Source of the DNA: an uncultured Acidobacteriota bacterium
GTDB lineage: Bacteria; Acidobacteriota; Thermoanaerobaculia; Gp7-AA8
DNA length: 64,000 bases
NCBI GenBank assembly: GCA_963741955.1
Contig: CAVUKB010000009.1
Coordinates: forward strand, 53,165-117,164
Direction of reading: 5' to 3'
The notes below the pieces were generated by a model that saw nothing but the letters and a program-made list of their open reading frames with translations, was not told the origin of the DNA and ran no database searches. This document shows positions 42,461 through 54,265 of the stretch, piece by piece (the first letter of the stretch is position 1; each line of letters begins with the position of its first letter). The translations under genes and the position numbers were made by a program.

Positions 42461-42958
42461 GTGACAAAGTTGACAAACGAAATACGGCCGTACGATTTGC
42501 CGATCTGGCGGCGATCGTTTCGCGCTGAATCGCCAGATGGCCGTCATAGTGCAGTAATCGATCCAGCATTGGAGATCTCCATGGGTAATCCAACCTCTGG
42601 CATTCTGTGCCTTTCGGCCGATCTCCATCTTGAAAGATGTAATCCAAGTTTCCGGTGGTCCGACGATTCCCGCTTCTTGGCCGTGCCGCAATTCCAAACG
42701 GGGTTTCTGGGTGCCTTACGCCGGCAGCGTCTTCTCGTGATCGATGTAGTTGAACGGAGGGTCTACGCCTCGAGACTCCAAGCATCTTACTTCCAGCCGG
42801 AAGTCTTTCGCGCGGGAGATCTACTTGTCACGATAGATCCAGCGCGCCGAGGCCCGCGTCAGGTGAGGTGGCGAGTTCCGGAGGATTTGAAAACATCTTT
42901 TTCATATCTGCCTGCGCGGTGGGCGAGGGTGACTCCTGGATTCGAAACCGAAACTTAG
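42461..42958 (+). CDS. Putative immunity protein for the main Rhs toxin
   Basis: GTG start with GAGGGAG RBS directly downstream of rhs; SPDGRH...EISMGNPTSG...FRWSDDSRFLAVP beta-rich pattern. Confidence 0.7.
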   Translation: MTKLTNEIRPYDLPIWRRSFRAESPDGRHSAVIDPALEISMGNPTSGILCLSADLHLERCNPSFRWSDDSRFLAVPQFQTGFLGALRRQRLLVIDVVERRVYASRLQASYFQPEVFRAGDLLVTIDPARRGPRQVRWRVPEDLKTSFSYLPARWARVTPGFETET

Positions 42959-42979
42959 AGTTGCAGGCTATCGGAATAG

Positions 42980-44400
42980 TCGACGCCGCAGGGGAGGTGG
43001 AATCCATCGGGTCGGACCACTTCCTCTACGACAAGGTGGGACGGCTCACCGAGTCGACCGCGGCGCAGTTCGCGCCGGGCATCACGAAGCAATATGCGTA
43101 CGATCCGTTCGGGAACCTCGTCACCACCACGACGAAGCAGAGCGGGCATGCGGACGAGGTCTTCTCGACTCCGGTGTCCGGGAAGACGAACCATCTGTCG
43201 GGCGCGAGCTACGACGCGGCGGGGAACCAGCTGGGGTGGATCACGCGTTCGATGAAATACGACGCGTTCGGGCAGGTGGTGCAACTGCTCGACACGTACA
43301 TGAATCAGGCGTACATCTACACGGCGGAGGGGGAGCGGCTCGCGACGTACGACGCGATGACCGACCGGACGAGCTGGAGGATTCGGGACCTCGGCGGGCG
43401 GGTGCTGCGGGAGTTCCTGAACGCGCCGGTGAACGGGGTCGCGAACTGGAGCTGGAAGGAGGACTGGATCTGGCGGGGCTCGGTGCTCCTCGGGGCGGCG
43501 ACCCCGCAGGGGAACCGGCATTTCGACGTCGACCACCTCGGGTCGGTGCGTCTGATCACCGACGACGCGAAGAACGTCCTCTCCCGTCACCAGTACTGGG
43601 CGTACGGCGAAGAAGCGACCTCAGGGTCGCAAGATGCGGAAGTGATGAAGTTCGCGGGCCAGGAGCGGGATTTCGGAACATACTATCCGGACGGCATCGA
43701 CTACATGCACGCGCGATACTACGACGACCGGCTCTCGCGCTTCACCACGATGGACCCGCTCGACGGCAGCCCTGGCGCTCCGCAGAGTTGGAACCGGTAC
43801 GGGTACGTGCTGGGAAGTCCGGTGACGCTGGTTGATCCGTACGGGCTCGCGCCGGCAACGGGGAGCAAAGTCGTCGATCAGAACGGCAACGAATGTCCGG
43901 ACGGGGCAGTCGACCCTTGTTGGACAGTCGAGGGGAACAACAATCCTTTCTACCGGGGCACGTTCTTCTGGGATCGGGGATGGGAACACAGCATCTTCAG
44001 CTCAACGCTTCGATGGTATGTCGGGCGGCATGTGAAAGGACTTGCCGAACACCACAGACAAGAGCAGCTCTACGCGGAAAACTGGGTCGACGCTCAGGGC
44101 AGAGACGCCGTCACCGCATGTAATGCCGGAGTTCAGGAAGCCTGCGCACATGTTCAAGTACTTACCGGAGTAGTCTGGATCGGGGGGCCGTTCGATCCAG
44201 ACCAGGCAGCTGTGGTTGACCTCGCGAAAGCCGCGGAGCGGATGGGCGTAGGCAGCGAAGAATCTCAAACACTACTCCAATGGGCCCGTGAGTACGGAAT
44301 CAAGGCCCTTGACCACACAGCCCCAGAGGACGCGGCGCACTGGATCAATGGACCGCACATCCACATCGGCCCGGTGAATCACATCCCGGTGATGCCATGA
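42980..44400 (+). pseudogene. Orphan Rhs cassette 1 (core fragment + His-rich toxin tip)
   Basis: Near-identical copy of the main core 3' end, no credible start; tip ends HWINGPHIHIGPVNHIPVMP. Confidence 0.85.
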
Positions 44401-44924
44401 GGAAAATCAGAGAAGGTTGGCTTCTCGTACGGAGATATCGACTGACGCGCGAGCCAGTACCCCCGTTGACTCAGGAGCAAGCGAACAACTACCGCGGGTT
44501 CGACGGTTACCCTTGGCCCCAGGACACCGGCATCGCTCGGACCGATGGATTAGCTGATCCGACCGCATACGACGCGATTAGATCCAGCAAGAGCGAGAGT
44601 GACGATTTGGTGTATCTCTGCATCGGGGCTGAGCCGGGTCCGATAAGCGCAGCTGGCGGGATGCGATTTCTCGGCTTTGATTTCGGGTACTTCGCGAATG
44701 AGTATAGTCACTTCTCGTCGGTTTTGTCTGAGGTTGCGTTCGGTTCAATCTCTGAAATGACGCGGTTTGCCGCGCGTTTGAACCAGTCGCTGCTCCTCGA
44801 AACGCTCGCGGACGTGACCGAGTTGCGCCGACTCAGAGAATCACTCGGAACACGTAGAGGCCTGGAAACGATCGGGCCGGCTGAGGCGTTGAGTATCATC
44901 GCGATGTTCGAGCGGCAGGCATGA
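44397..44924 (+). CDS. Putative immunity protein (cassette 1)
   Basis: ATGA overlap with the toxin stop; 175 aa; FLGFDFG motif. Confidence 0.75.
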   Translation: MRKIREGWLLVRRYRLTREPVPPLTQEQANNYRGFDGYPWPQDTGIARTDGLADPTAYDAIRSSKSESDDLVYLCIGAEPGPISAAGGMRFLGFDFGYFANEYSHFSSVLSEVAFGSISEMTRFAARLNQSLLLETLADVTELRRLRESLGTRRGLETIGPAEALSIIAMFERQA

Positions 44925-44945
44925 ATTACACATGCTGAGCGAGGC

Positions 44946-45562
44946 GAATGGCGTGCAGTGGAAAGAAGACCGCCGTCCGGATGGAATGCCGATGCCTTAC
45001 CAGATCACCACGATCGGCGGGATCCCCCGGCCAATGCTGGACGGTGAACGTGAGTGAAAATAACCCGTCCTACCGGGGGACGTTCGAGTGGGATCGAGGG
45101 TTCGATCACGCAGCTTTTCGTTCCGGATCGAAACGTGCGCCTGAACCACGCACGAAGCCGTTGAGAATTCGCAGCGTTGGCTTGGGAATCAACGTGAGCG
45201 GGATCGCGATGTACGGAGGAGAGTCCAGCATATTCTGGGGTCACTCGCTGAAATTCGGCGGCCGCGACGACAACGTGATCGGTGTGACAGGAGGACTTGG
45301 TGGCGGCTTGAACGTCGGCGCGGGAGGATTTTTTGTCCTTGGTTTTGATGATGCCGGAACAACGTTCAGAGGCTGGAGCGCCACTGTCGCCGTCGCAACT
45401 CCGGTACTCTCGATGAATCTCATGTTCAACGAAGCGGGTGATCTGAGCGCAGTATCGTTCGGCGAGGGGAGCGGCATTACGCGTTTCGGGCAGGCGAGCA
45501 TTAATTCAGAGCACACAGCGATATTGACGAACGGGGATGTATGGGATGCATTGGGATGGTGA
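44946..45562 (+). pseudogene. Orphan Rhs cassette 2 (internally deleted core + Gly-rich tip)
   Basis: About 80 bp matching main 40790-40872 joined directly to sequence matching 41838 onward; tip ends EHTAILTNGDVWDALGW. Confidence 0.8.
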
Positions 45563-45602
45563 ATGCAAGCCGAGAAGGAACACGGGGCCCAAACGCGAAG
45601 GT

Positions 45603-45878
45603 ATGGTCGTGAGTCTGAGATATCGTTTCTACATGATAGTCGCCTCATACCTCCTGACCTCAGGCGGTATCACGGCTTTGGGCGTTTGGATCGGTTCATG
45701 GATTGTTCCACTGCTGTTCCTCGGCTTTGCAGTGCATGCTTACCTCCTTCATCGAATAAGGTGTCCCAGGTGCGGGAAGTTACTGCTCTTGAATCCTCTG
45801 ACCACGGACAAAGAAGGACCATGGGTCTATACCGCCCTTGTCCCCAGGCGATGCTCTCGATGCGGATACCAATACTAA
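45603..45878 (+). CDS. Putative immunity protein: 2 TM + zinc ribbon
   Basis: Two hydrophobic helices, then IRCPRCGK...CSRCG. Confidence 0.75.
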   Translation: MVVSLRYRFYMIVASYLLTSGGITALGVWIGSWIVPLLFLGFAVHAYLLHRIRCPRCGKLLLLNPLTTDKEGPWVYTALVPRRCSRCGYQY

Positions 45879-45923
45879 CGAGAAGAGCCTTTCGAGCGCC
45901 GCTCGTTGGGGACGGCGTGCAGG

Positions 45924-47672
45924 CCGTACGAATCCTTCAGCCAGAGCTTCGCCTGGAACGATCTCGGCCAGCCGGCCTCCGTCGATTGCCCCCGCTGCCT
46001 CCACGCCGGCTGCTCGGGCCGCGACGCGGCACGGAGCGTACCGCTCACCTACGAGTCGGGTTATCTGAAGAGCGTCGGGGGCTGGGCCAGCTCGATCACG
46101 TATCATTGGAACGGACTCCCGTACTACGTGACGCACCAGAACGGCGTGCAGTGGAAAGAAGACCGCCGTCCGGATGGAATGCCGATGCCTTACCAGATCA
46201 CCACGATCGGCGGGATCCCCTCGGGGTCGAACTACTCGAGCGGCGTCTACGCCTTCGATGGAGCGGGCGACATCAAGTCCATCGGGTCGGACCACTTCCT
46301 CTACGACAAGGTGGGGCGGCTCACCGAGTCGACGGCGGCGCAGTTCGCGCCGGGCATCACAAAGCAGTACGCATACGATCCGTTCGGAAATCTGGTCACC
46401 ACCACGACGAAGCAGAGCGGGCATGCGGACGAGGTCTTCTCGACTCCGGTGTCCGGGAAGACGAACCATCTGTCAGGCGCGAGCTACGACGCGGCGGGAA
46501 ACCAGCTGGGGTGGATCACGCGCTCGATGAAATACGACGCGTTCGGGCAGGTGGTGCAACTGCTCGACACGTACATGAATCAGGCGTACATCTACACGGC
46601 GGAGGGGGAGCGGCTCGCGACGTACGACGCGATGACGAACCGGACGAGCTGGAAGATCCGGGACCTCGGCGGGCGGGTGCTGCGGGAGTTCCTGAACGCA
46701 CCGGTGAACGGGGTCGCGAACTGGAGCTGGAAGGAGGACTGGATCTGGCGCGGCTCGGTGCTCCTCGGCGCGGCGACCCTGCAGGGGAACCGGCACTTCG
46801 ACGTCGACCACCTCGGGTCGGTGCGTCTGATCACCGACGACGCGAAGAACGTCCTCTCCCGTCACCAGTACTGGGCGTACGGCGAGGAGGCGACGTCCGG
46901 CAGCCAGGACTCGGAGGTGATGAAGTTCGCGGGCCAGGAGCGGGATTTCGGAACATACTATCCGGACGGCATCGACTACATGCACGCGCGATACTATGAC
47001 GACCGGCTCTCGCGCTTCACCACCATGGACCCGCTCGGCGGCAGCCCTGGCGCTCCGCAGAGCTGGAACCGGTACGGGTACGTGCTGGGCAGCCCGGTGA
47101 CCCTGGTGGATCCGTACGGGTGGGCACCGGCGCCGGGGCAGCTGTTTGCTCGCGGGGAAGATGACCCTGAAGAGCCACTAAATCCCTTCGAGCCGAATTG
47201 GAATCCGTGGGATCGGCCGGAACAGCTCATACTACGCCCAGGCCGCCGCTTTCTGAACCTCGAGAACCCAGTCACGGATATGACAGTTCGAGAGCACTGG
47301 ACGGCAGGCTTTCACGGGCTGGAAGCTTTCGTTGATGGCGTCATTCCTTTTGCTGATCCGATAGAACAATCGGGAGGGTATGACGGATCTGACTCCGGTA
47401 TGGTAGCAGCACAGTGGTCAGGTGTGCCCACTCAGCAAGTGCTATCTCTGGTCATCGGAGGCCAGCTGATTAGGGTCTTGCAACTCGGTAAGGCCAGCGT
47501 CCTCTTCCGGCCGTTGGGCGGCTACTTGAATGACAATAACGTTCTTCGGGTAGGATGGGGATATCAGAATGTGCGCAATGGCGGTTATGAGGTGTTTCGG
47601 ATCGTAATCGGTCAGAAGAAGCCTCTCGAAAACGTAATCCTTCAAGCGCTTCGGCATATCGATTTTTGGTGA
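45924..47672 (+). pseudogene. Orphan Rhs cassette 3 (longest core fragment + toxin tip)
   Basis: Copy of the main core from ~40576; tip ends LRVGWG...VFRIVIG...RHIDFW. Confidence 0.85.
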
Positions 47673-48001
47673 GTACTATGTGGCTGGTAGCTATCTTTGT
47701 GCTCATTTGTATTGTGGCTGCGATTATCCCGGTCGTGAGGCCCCGGTCGAGGTTCCAGTCGATGACACGCCAGGAAACGGCGGAACTCCTTGATCGGCTC
47801 GTTGGTGGCACCATGGCTGGCGACGAGCTAGATGACTTCCTCAGTGTCCGACTGGACGACCCGCACTTGGACGAGGTCCGAAGGCAGCTGTGGTCTATCC
47901 ATATGACCTGTCCACCTCCAGGCGGAGTTGGGTTCACGAACGCGGAGGGATTCAAGCGGATAGCCGCGCTTGCGAACACGTTGAAAAGCGACCATGAATA
48001 A
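47669..48001 (+). CDS. Putative immunity protein with N-terminal TM (cassette 3)
   Basis: GTGA overlap with the toxin stop; hydrophobic N-terminus, then DELDDFLSVRLDDPHLDEVR. Confidence 0.75.
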   Translation: MSTMWLVAIFVLICIVAAIIPVVRPRSRFQSMTRQETAELLDRLVGGTMAGDELDDFLSVRLDDPHLDEVRRQLWSIHMTCPPPGGVGFTNAEGFKRIAALANTLKSDHE

Positions 48002-48048
48002 TGGACCCGATTCACCGGGACAGATGCTGTACTGGAAAAGGTCTGGAT

Positions 48049-49205
48049 ACCGGACGAGCTGGAAGATCCGGGACCTCGGCGGGCGGGTGCTGCGGGAGTT
48101 CCTGAACGCACCGGTGAACGGGGTCGCGAACTGGAGCTGGAAAGAGGACTGGATCTGGCGCGGCTCGGTTCTGCTCGGCGCGGCGACCCTGCAGGGGAAC
48201 CGGCACTTCGACGTCGACCACCTCGGGTCGGTGCGTCTGATCACCGACGACGCGAAGAACGTCCTCTCCCGGCACCAGTACTGGGCGTACGGCGAAGAAG
48301 GGACCTCAGGGTCGCAGGATGCGGAGGTGATGAAGTTCGCGGGCCAGGAGCGGGACTTCGGGACGTACTATCCGGACGGCGTGGACTACATGCACGCCCG
48401 CTATTACGACAATCGCCTGTCGCGGTTCACCACCATGGACCCGCTCGGCGGCTCACCTGGCGCACCCCAGAGCTGGAACCGCTACGGGTACGTGCTGGGC
48501 AGTCCGGTGACGCTGGTTGATCCGTACGGGTGGGCACCGGGTGGCGACAGCGGTGGCTCGTCGGCGACAACCGGTGACGACGGCTGTACAATGGAGAACG
48601 GCATCTTTCAATGCGGATCCGAGGTGAACGGCAGCGATCCGGGCGACGATCCCTGGACCGGTGATTGGGGCTTCCTCACCGATGCATGGCAAACCGCAGG
48701 GCAGATGATCGCCGCCGGTCGCGGAATTGCTCGCGAAGGCAAACAGGTGATCTGCAAGGCAGTACCGTCCGGGAGAACCACGGGTGCGTCAGGAGGCGTT
48801 GGGGCCATTGGGAGCGGCGTCGCGGGGGGCGAAATCGTAATGAACTACGACTCCGGACAGGTTAGCGCTTTTACGTTCGGAGGGCTTCAACTCGGCTGGA
48901 ATGGCGTCGCCTCCGCTCAAGCCTATACTGGAGTCGTGTCAGGCCTACGGCCGGACAATGCCAACTACTCCGGGATTTTTGTCGGAGGGTACGGCTCGGC
49001 GGCTGTTGGCATCTTCGGAGCGTCATCCACTGATCATTCCGTCAAAACAGGGGGTGCAAGCTTGGGAGCGTCACTGATTGAGTCGCCGACGTTTGGTGTG
49101 AACGTTACGCAGTATTCGAGCCCGTTGCAAATCGGTCGTTACTGGCCGTTCGCGTTGAGTCCGGTTGACGCGGGACTCCTCGTTACGAGGCAACTATGCA
49201 AGTAG
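48049..49205 (+). pseudogene. Orphan Rhs cassette 4 (core fragment + Gly-rich tip)
   Basis: Core copy from RTSWKIRDL; tip GGEIVMNYDSGQVSAF...RQLCK. Confidence 0.85.
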
Positions 49206-49492
49206 CAGGGGTCTGGATAACTGCTGCCGATGTGATCTTCCTTTGCGTTGCGATGAGCGGAGCATTTCTCGCGAACATCTTCTTGACGATGATGATCGGA
49301 GAAATCAATCGGAAACGTGACGATGGCAATCTGGTCTCATACTTCGGATTTACACTCCCGAAGCTCGTGAGAATCTGGCAGGCCTACCGCGATTACTACC
49401 CAAATGGGCGACTGCACCTGTACGCAGCGCTTTCTACGGTATCTATGTTTGCGGGAGTGTTTGGTATGCTCATGTCGCTCGGAATTTTTTAG
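49196..49492 (+). CDS. Two-TM immunity protein (MxGExNR...YPxG family)
   Basis: Overlaps the toxin stop; NIFLTMMIGEINRKRDD...YRDYYPNGRLH. Confidence 0.8.
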   Translation: MQVAGVWITAADVIFLCVAMSGAFLANIFLTMMIGEINRKRDDGNLVSYFGFTLPKLVRIWQAYRDYYPNGRLHLYAALSTVSMFAGVFGMLMSLGIF

Positions 49493-49756
49493 CGATCTGC
49501 AGGATCTGTGCGCGCGCTCGAGAGTATCTCGTGTTTTGCGAAAAGCCGACCGTTCGTCCTCTGAGAGTCAGGGGCGAGCGCGGAGCCCAGTTCAGGATCT
49601 TCCAAGCGCGACTCCAGCAGCTGCCGCCGTACGATGTGGTGCGTTGACTGGAGCCAAGAAATGAAGAGGTGACAGTGGTGAGGGAAGCCTTGACCCGCTT
49701 CTTCCAAAAGGGACTTCGGGACATGGCTGCCATGAGTGAAACCGAGCTCGAGGGGA

Positions 49757-51413
49757 CGGAATGCCGATGCCTTACCAGATCACCACGATCGGAGCGATCC
49801 CCTCGGGGTCGAACTTCTCGAGCGGGATCTATGCGTTCGACGGCGCGGGGGACGTGAAGTCCATCGGGTCGGACTACTTCCTCTACGACAAGATGGGGCG
49901 GCTCACCGAGTCGACGGCGACGCAGTTCGCGCCGGGGATCACCAAGCAATATGCATACGACCCGTTCGGGAACCTCGTCACCACCACGACAAAGCAGAGC
50001 GGGCATGCGGACGAGGTCCTCTCGACCCCGGTGTCCGGGAAGACGAACCATCTGTCAGGCGCGAGCTACGACGCGGCGGGAAACCAGCTGGGGTGGATCA
50101 CCCGCTCGATGACGTACGACGCGTTCGGGAAGGTCGTCCAGCTGCAGGACACGTACGTCAATCAGGCGTACCTCTACACGGCCGAGGGCGAGCGGCTCGC
50201 GACGTACGACGCGATGACGAACCGGACGAGCTGGAAGATCCGGGACCTCGGCGGGCGGGTGCTGCGGGAGTTCCTGAACGCACCGGTGAACGGGGTCGCG
50301 AACTGGAGCTGGAAAGAGGACTGGATCTGGCGCGGCTCGGTTCTGCTCGGGGCGGCGACCCCGCAGGGGAACCGGCATTTCGACGTCGACCACCTCGGGT
50401 CGGTGCGTCTGATCACCGACGACGCGAAGAACGTCCTCTCCCGTCACCAGTACTGGGCGTACGGCGAAGAAGCGACCTCAGGGTCGCAAGATGCGGAAGT
50501 GATGAAGTTCGCGGGCCAGGAGCGCGACTTCGGGACGTACAACCCGGATGGTGTGGACTACATGCACGCCCGCTATTACGACAATCGGCTGTCGCGGTTC
50601 ACGACGATGGACCCGCTCGGCGGCAGCCCTGGCGCTCCGCAGAGCTGGAACCGGTACGGGTACGTGCTGGGCAGCCCGGTGACGCTGGTGGATCCGTACG
50701 GGTGGGCACCGGGTGGCGACAGCGGTGGCTCGTCGGCGACAACCGGTGACGACGGCTGTACAATGGAGAACGGCATCTTTCAATGCGGATCCGAGGTGAA
50801 CGGCAGCGATCCGGGCGACGATCCCTGGACCGGTGATTGGGGCTTCCTCACCGATGCATGGCAAACCGGAGGGCAGATGATCGCCGCCGGTCGCGGAATT
50901 GCTCGCGAAGGCAAACAGGTGATCTGCAAGGCAGTACCGTCCGGGAGGTCGATCGGTGTATCAAATTTCTTCGGCTTCGTTGGGAGTGGTGGCGGCGGCG
51001 GAGAGATTGTCATGAACTACGACTCGGGCCAGATCAGCGCGTTTGGATTCGGCGGCGTCCAAGGTGGATGGAACGGTGCCGTATCTGGATCGATATACAC
51101 AGGCCTGATCTACGGTCTTAACGGGTCGAATTTGAACTACAGCAAGGGTTTTACTGGAGCGTCGGCGTCAATTACCCGATACGGTGGCTTCGTGCAACAT
51201 TCGAGCGGTGGCTTGACGAATGGATGGCGTGGGCTTCGCCCGAACGGCAATGTCGTCGCCGTTGGCGGAAGCGTCGGTGGATCCCTGTCGCTTATCACGT
51301 TCGGTGGTTCGGTTACGCAATATAGTGATCCCATCCAACTTGGCCGCTACTGGTTACTCGCCTCGTCGCCCGTTGATGCGGTGATGTTCGCCGAGAGGCA
51401 GCTATGCAGATAG
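49757..51413 (+). pseudogene. Orphan Rhs cassette 5 (slightly diverged core + Gly-rich tip paralogous to cassette 4)
   Basis: Core with substitutions (DYF, KMG, MTYDAFGKVVQLQD); tip ends RQLCR. Confidence 0.85.
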
Positions 51414-51691
51414 GAGTCGTTTGCCTGATTCTCTCAGTATCCGTGGCCGCGAGTGCCGCAATCCTCGGCAATATCTTCGGCACCATCATGGTTGGCGAGC
51501 TCAACCGACAACGAGACGATCAAGACCAAATGTCCTATTTCGGCTATTATCCGCAGAAGGTCACCCGCATTTTTCGCGAGTATCGAAAGCTATATCCGGA
51601 CGGTCGGTACGACAGGTACACGTACATCTGTTTCGCGCTCACGTCACTCGGAATTGTTGCGGCGTTCATATCTTTATTTTACATTGCGTGA
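51404..51691 (+). CDS. Two-TM immunity protein (same family as 49196)
   Basis: NIFGTIMVGELNRQRDD...FREYRKLYPDGRY. Confidence 0.8.
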   Translation: MQIGVVCLILSVSVAASAAILGNIFGTIMVGELNRQRDDQDQMSYFGYYPQKVTRIFREYRKLYPDGRYDRYTYICFALTSLGIVAAFISLFYIA

Positions 51692-52087
51692 CGGAAGATC
51701 AGGAAGATCGGGGCCAGCCTTCGATTCTCGGTTGCAGATGTAAGCGACTCTGTAGTTAGCGACACGGTGACTTTGCCTCTGAACGGAGAAAGCGGCGTGA
51801 CGTGTGTCGCTTCTCGGTCGATTCGTCAGATGCTCGATCGAATGCGACGGAGTGGGCTGGTGTTCATGGCGATCGGAACGGACTACGGCCTCCGTCGCGT
51901 GGCGAAACCTGGACCGGGCGTCACTTGGAACGAGGCTCCGCCAGGGCGAATCGTGAAGTCAGTGGTCAGTTTTCAGGGAGGTCGCGCTCGCCTCAGAACG
52001 GCGGCGGGCCGGGTGAGTCGCGGATGATGTCCGGGGGCGGGAGCATCGGCTAGATTGGCTGCTCTACGCAGGAAGGCAGGCGTGCCG

Positions 52088-52378
52088 ATGAGCGCGAGAG
52101 TCATCGTTGGAGTCATTCTTTTCAGTTTCGTCGTGTCTGGATTAGTTCTTTCAAACATATTTCTCCTGATGATGATCGGGGAAATCAATCGTGAAAGAAA
52201 GGATGACAAGCCGATTTTGTATTTCGGATCGACATTCCCGAAAATGCTTCTGATTTTCAGGGAATACAAGCGATCGTATCCGGCTGGAAAGCTGCACATA
52301 TACTCGTTGGTCGCGTTCGCAATTGCTCTTGTTGCTTTGATCGGAGTCGGTTTGTGTGTCGGTATCTGGACCCTCTGA
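52088..52378 (+). CDS. Orphan two-TM immunity protein
   Basis: NIFLLMMIGEINRERKDD...FREYKRSYPAGKLH. Confidence 0.8.
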   Translation: MSARVIVGVILFSFVVSGLVLSNIFLLMMIGEINRERKDDKPILYFGSTFPKMLLIFREYKRSYPAGKLHIYSLVAFAIALVALIGVGLCVGIWTL

Positions 52379-52387
52379 GGTGCGCCG

Positions 52388-52675
52388 ATGGATGCGGTAG
52401 TTATCGTCGGAATCGTTACATCTTGCCTCGCGTTGTCGTTGATATTGCTAGCAAACATTGTTCTCGTCATGATGATCGGCGAAATCAATCGCGCGCGGGA
52501 ACAGGGCAAGCTCGTGCCTTGCACCGTCTTCCCACTTCCTAAGATGTTACGGATACTTGGAGAATACAAGCGGCTATACCCGGCGGGAGAGCTGCTTGTG
52601 TACGCACTCGCTGCTGCCGCATTGGCTCTAATAGGGCTCATAAGCCTTGCTGTATGGCTTCGGAGCCTGGCCTAG
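52388..52675 (+). CDS. Orphan two-TM immunity protein
   Basis: NIVLVMMIGEINRAREQG...GEYKRLYPAGELL. Confidence 0.8.
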   Translation: MDAVVIVGIVTSCLALSLILLANIVLVMMIGEINRAREQGKLVPCTVFPLPKMLRILGEYKRLYPAGELLVYALAAAALALIGLISLAVWLRSLA

Positions 52676-52702
52676 GTGCGTATCGAGCGAAACCTCTACG
52701 AA

Positions 52703-53749
52703 CTCACCGAGTCGACCGCGGCGCAGTTCGCGCCGGGCATCACCAAACAATATGCGTACGATCCGTTCGGGAACCTCGTCACCACCACGACGAAGCAGAG
52801 CGGGCATGGGGACGAGGTCTTCTCGACTCCGGTGTCCGGGAAGACGAACCATCTGTCGGGCGCGAGCTACGACGCGGCGGGAAACCAGCTCGGGTGGATC
52901 ACGCGCTCGATGAAATACGACGCGTTCGGGCAGGTGGTGCAACTGCTCGACACGTACACGAATCAGGCGTACATCTACACGGCGGAGGGGGAGCGGCTCG
53001 CGACGTACGACGCGATGACCGACCGGACGAGCTGGAAGATCCGCGACCTCGGCGGGCGGGTGCTGCGGGAGTTCCTGAACGCACCGGTGAACGGGGTCGC
53101 GAACTGGAGCTGGAAGGAGGACTGGATCTGGCGCGGCTCGGTGCTCCTCGGCGCGGCGACCCTGCAGGGGAACCGGCACTTCGACGTCGACCACCTCGGG
53201 TCGGTGCGTCTGATCACCGACGACGCGAAGAACGTCCTCTCCCGTCACCAGTACTGGGCGTACGGCGAGGAGGCGACGTCCGGCAGCCAGGACTCGGAGG
53301 TGATGAAGTTCGCGGGCCAGGAGCGCGACTTCGGGACGTACTATCCGGACGGCTTGGACTACATGCACGCCCGCTATTACGACAATCGCCTGTCGCGGTT
53401 CACGACCATGGACCCGCTCGGCGGCTCACCTGGCGCACCCCAGAGCTGGAACCGCTACGGGTACGTGCTGGGCAGTCCGGTGACGCTGGTGGATCCGTAC
53501 GGGTGGGCACCGGCGAGCGGATCGAGCGGAGGCTCTTCGAACGGAAATCCGGAGGACTGTCGCGAGGATGGGCACGGGAACGTGATCTGCGGTGGAGAAA
53601 TTACCGTTACTGCCAATAACCCGTTCTACCGGGGAACGTTCTTCTGGGATCGGGGATGGGAACACAGCATCTTCAGAGCAAAAGGTAGAGGGAATGTAGG
53701 GAAGTATGTCAGATGCTCGATCGAATGCGACGTAGTGGGCAGGTGTTGA
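52703..53749 (+). pseudogene. Orphan Rhs cassette 6 (tip truncated at the duplication junction)
   Basis: Core plus linker to WEHSIF, then a switch into unrelated sequence at 53677. Confidence 0.75.
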
Positions 53750-53965
53750 TGGAGATCGGAACGGATACGGCCTCCGTCGCGTGGCGAAACCTGGACCGGG
53801 CGTCACTTGGAACGAGGCTCCGCCAGGGCGAATCGTGAGTCATGATCAGTTTTCGGGAGATCGCGCCGTCTCAGAGCGGCGGCGGGCCGGGTGAGTCGCG
53901 GATGATGTCCGGGGGCGGGAGCATCGGCTAGATTGGCTGCTCTACGCAGGAAGGCAGGCGTGCCG

Positions 53966-54256
53966 ATGAGCGCGAGAGTCATCGTTGGAGTCATTCTTTT
54001 CAGTTTCGTCGTGTCTGGATTAGTTCTTTCAAACATATTTCTCCTGATGATGATCGGGGAAATCAATCGTGAAAGAAAGGATGACAAGCCGATTTTGTAT
54101 TTCGGATCGACATTCCCGAAAATGCTTCTGATTTTCAGGGAATACAAGCGATCGTATCCGGCTGGAAAGCTGCACATATACTCGTTGGTCGCGTTCGCAA
54201 TTGCTCTTGTTGCTTTGATCGGAGTCGGTTTGTGTGTCGGTATCTGGACCCTCTGA
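53966..54256 (+). CDS. Orphan two-TM immunity protein (duplicate of 52088)
   Basis: Translation identical to 52088-52378. Confidence 0.75.
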   Translation: MSARVIVGVILFSFVVSGLVLSNIFLLMMIGEINRERKDDKPILYFGSTFPKMLLIFREYKRSYPAGKLHIYSLVAFAIALVALIGVGLCVGIWTL

Positions 54257-54265
54257 GGTGCGCCG

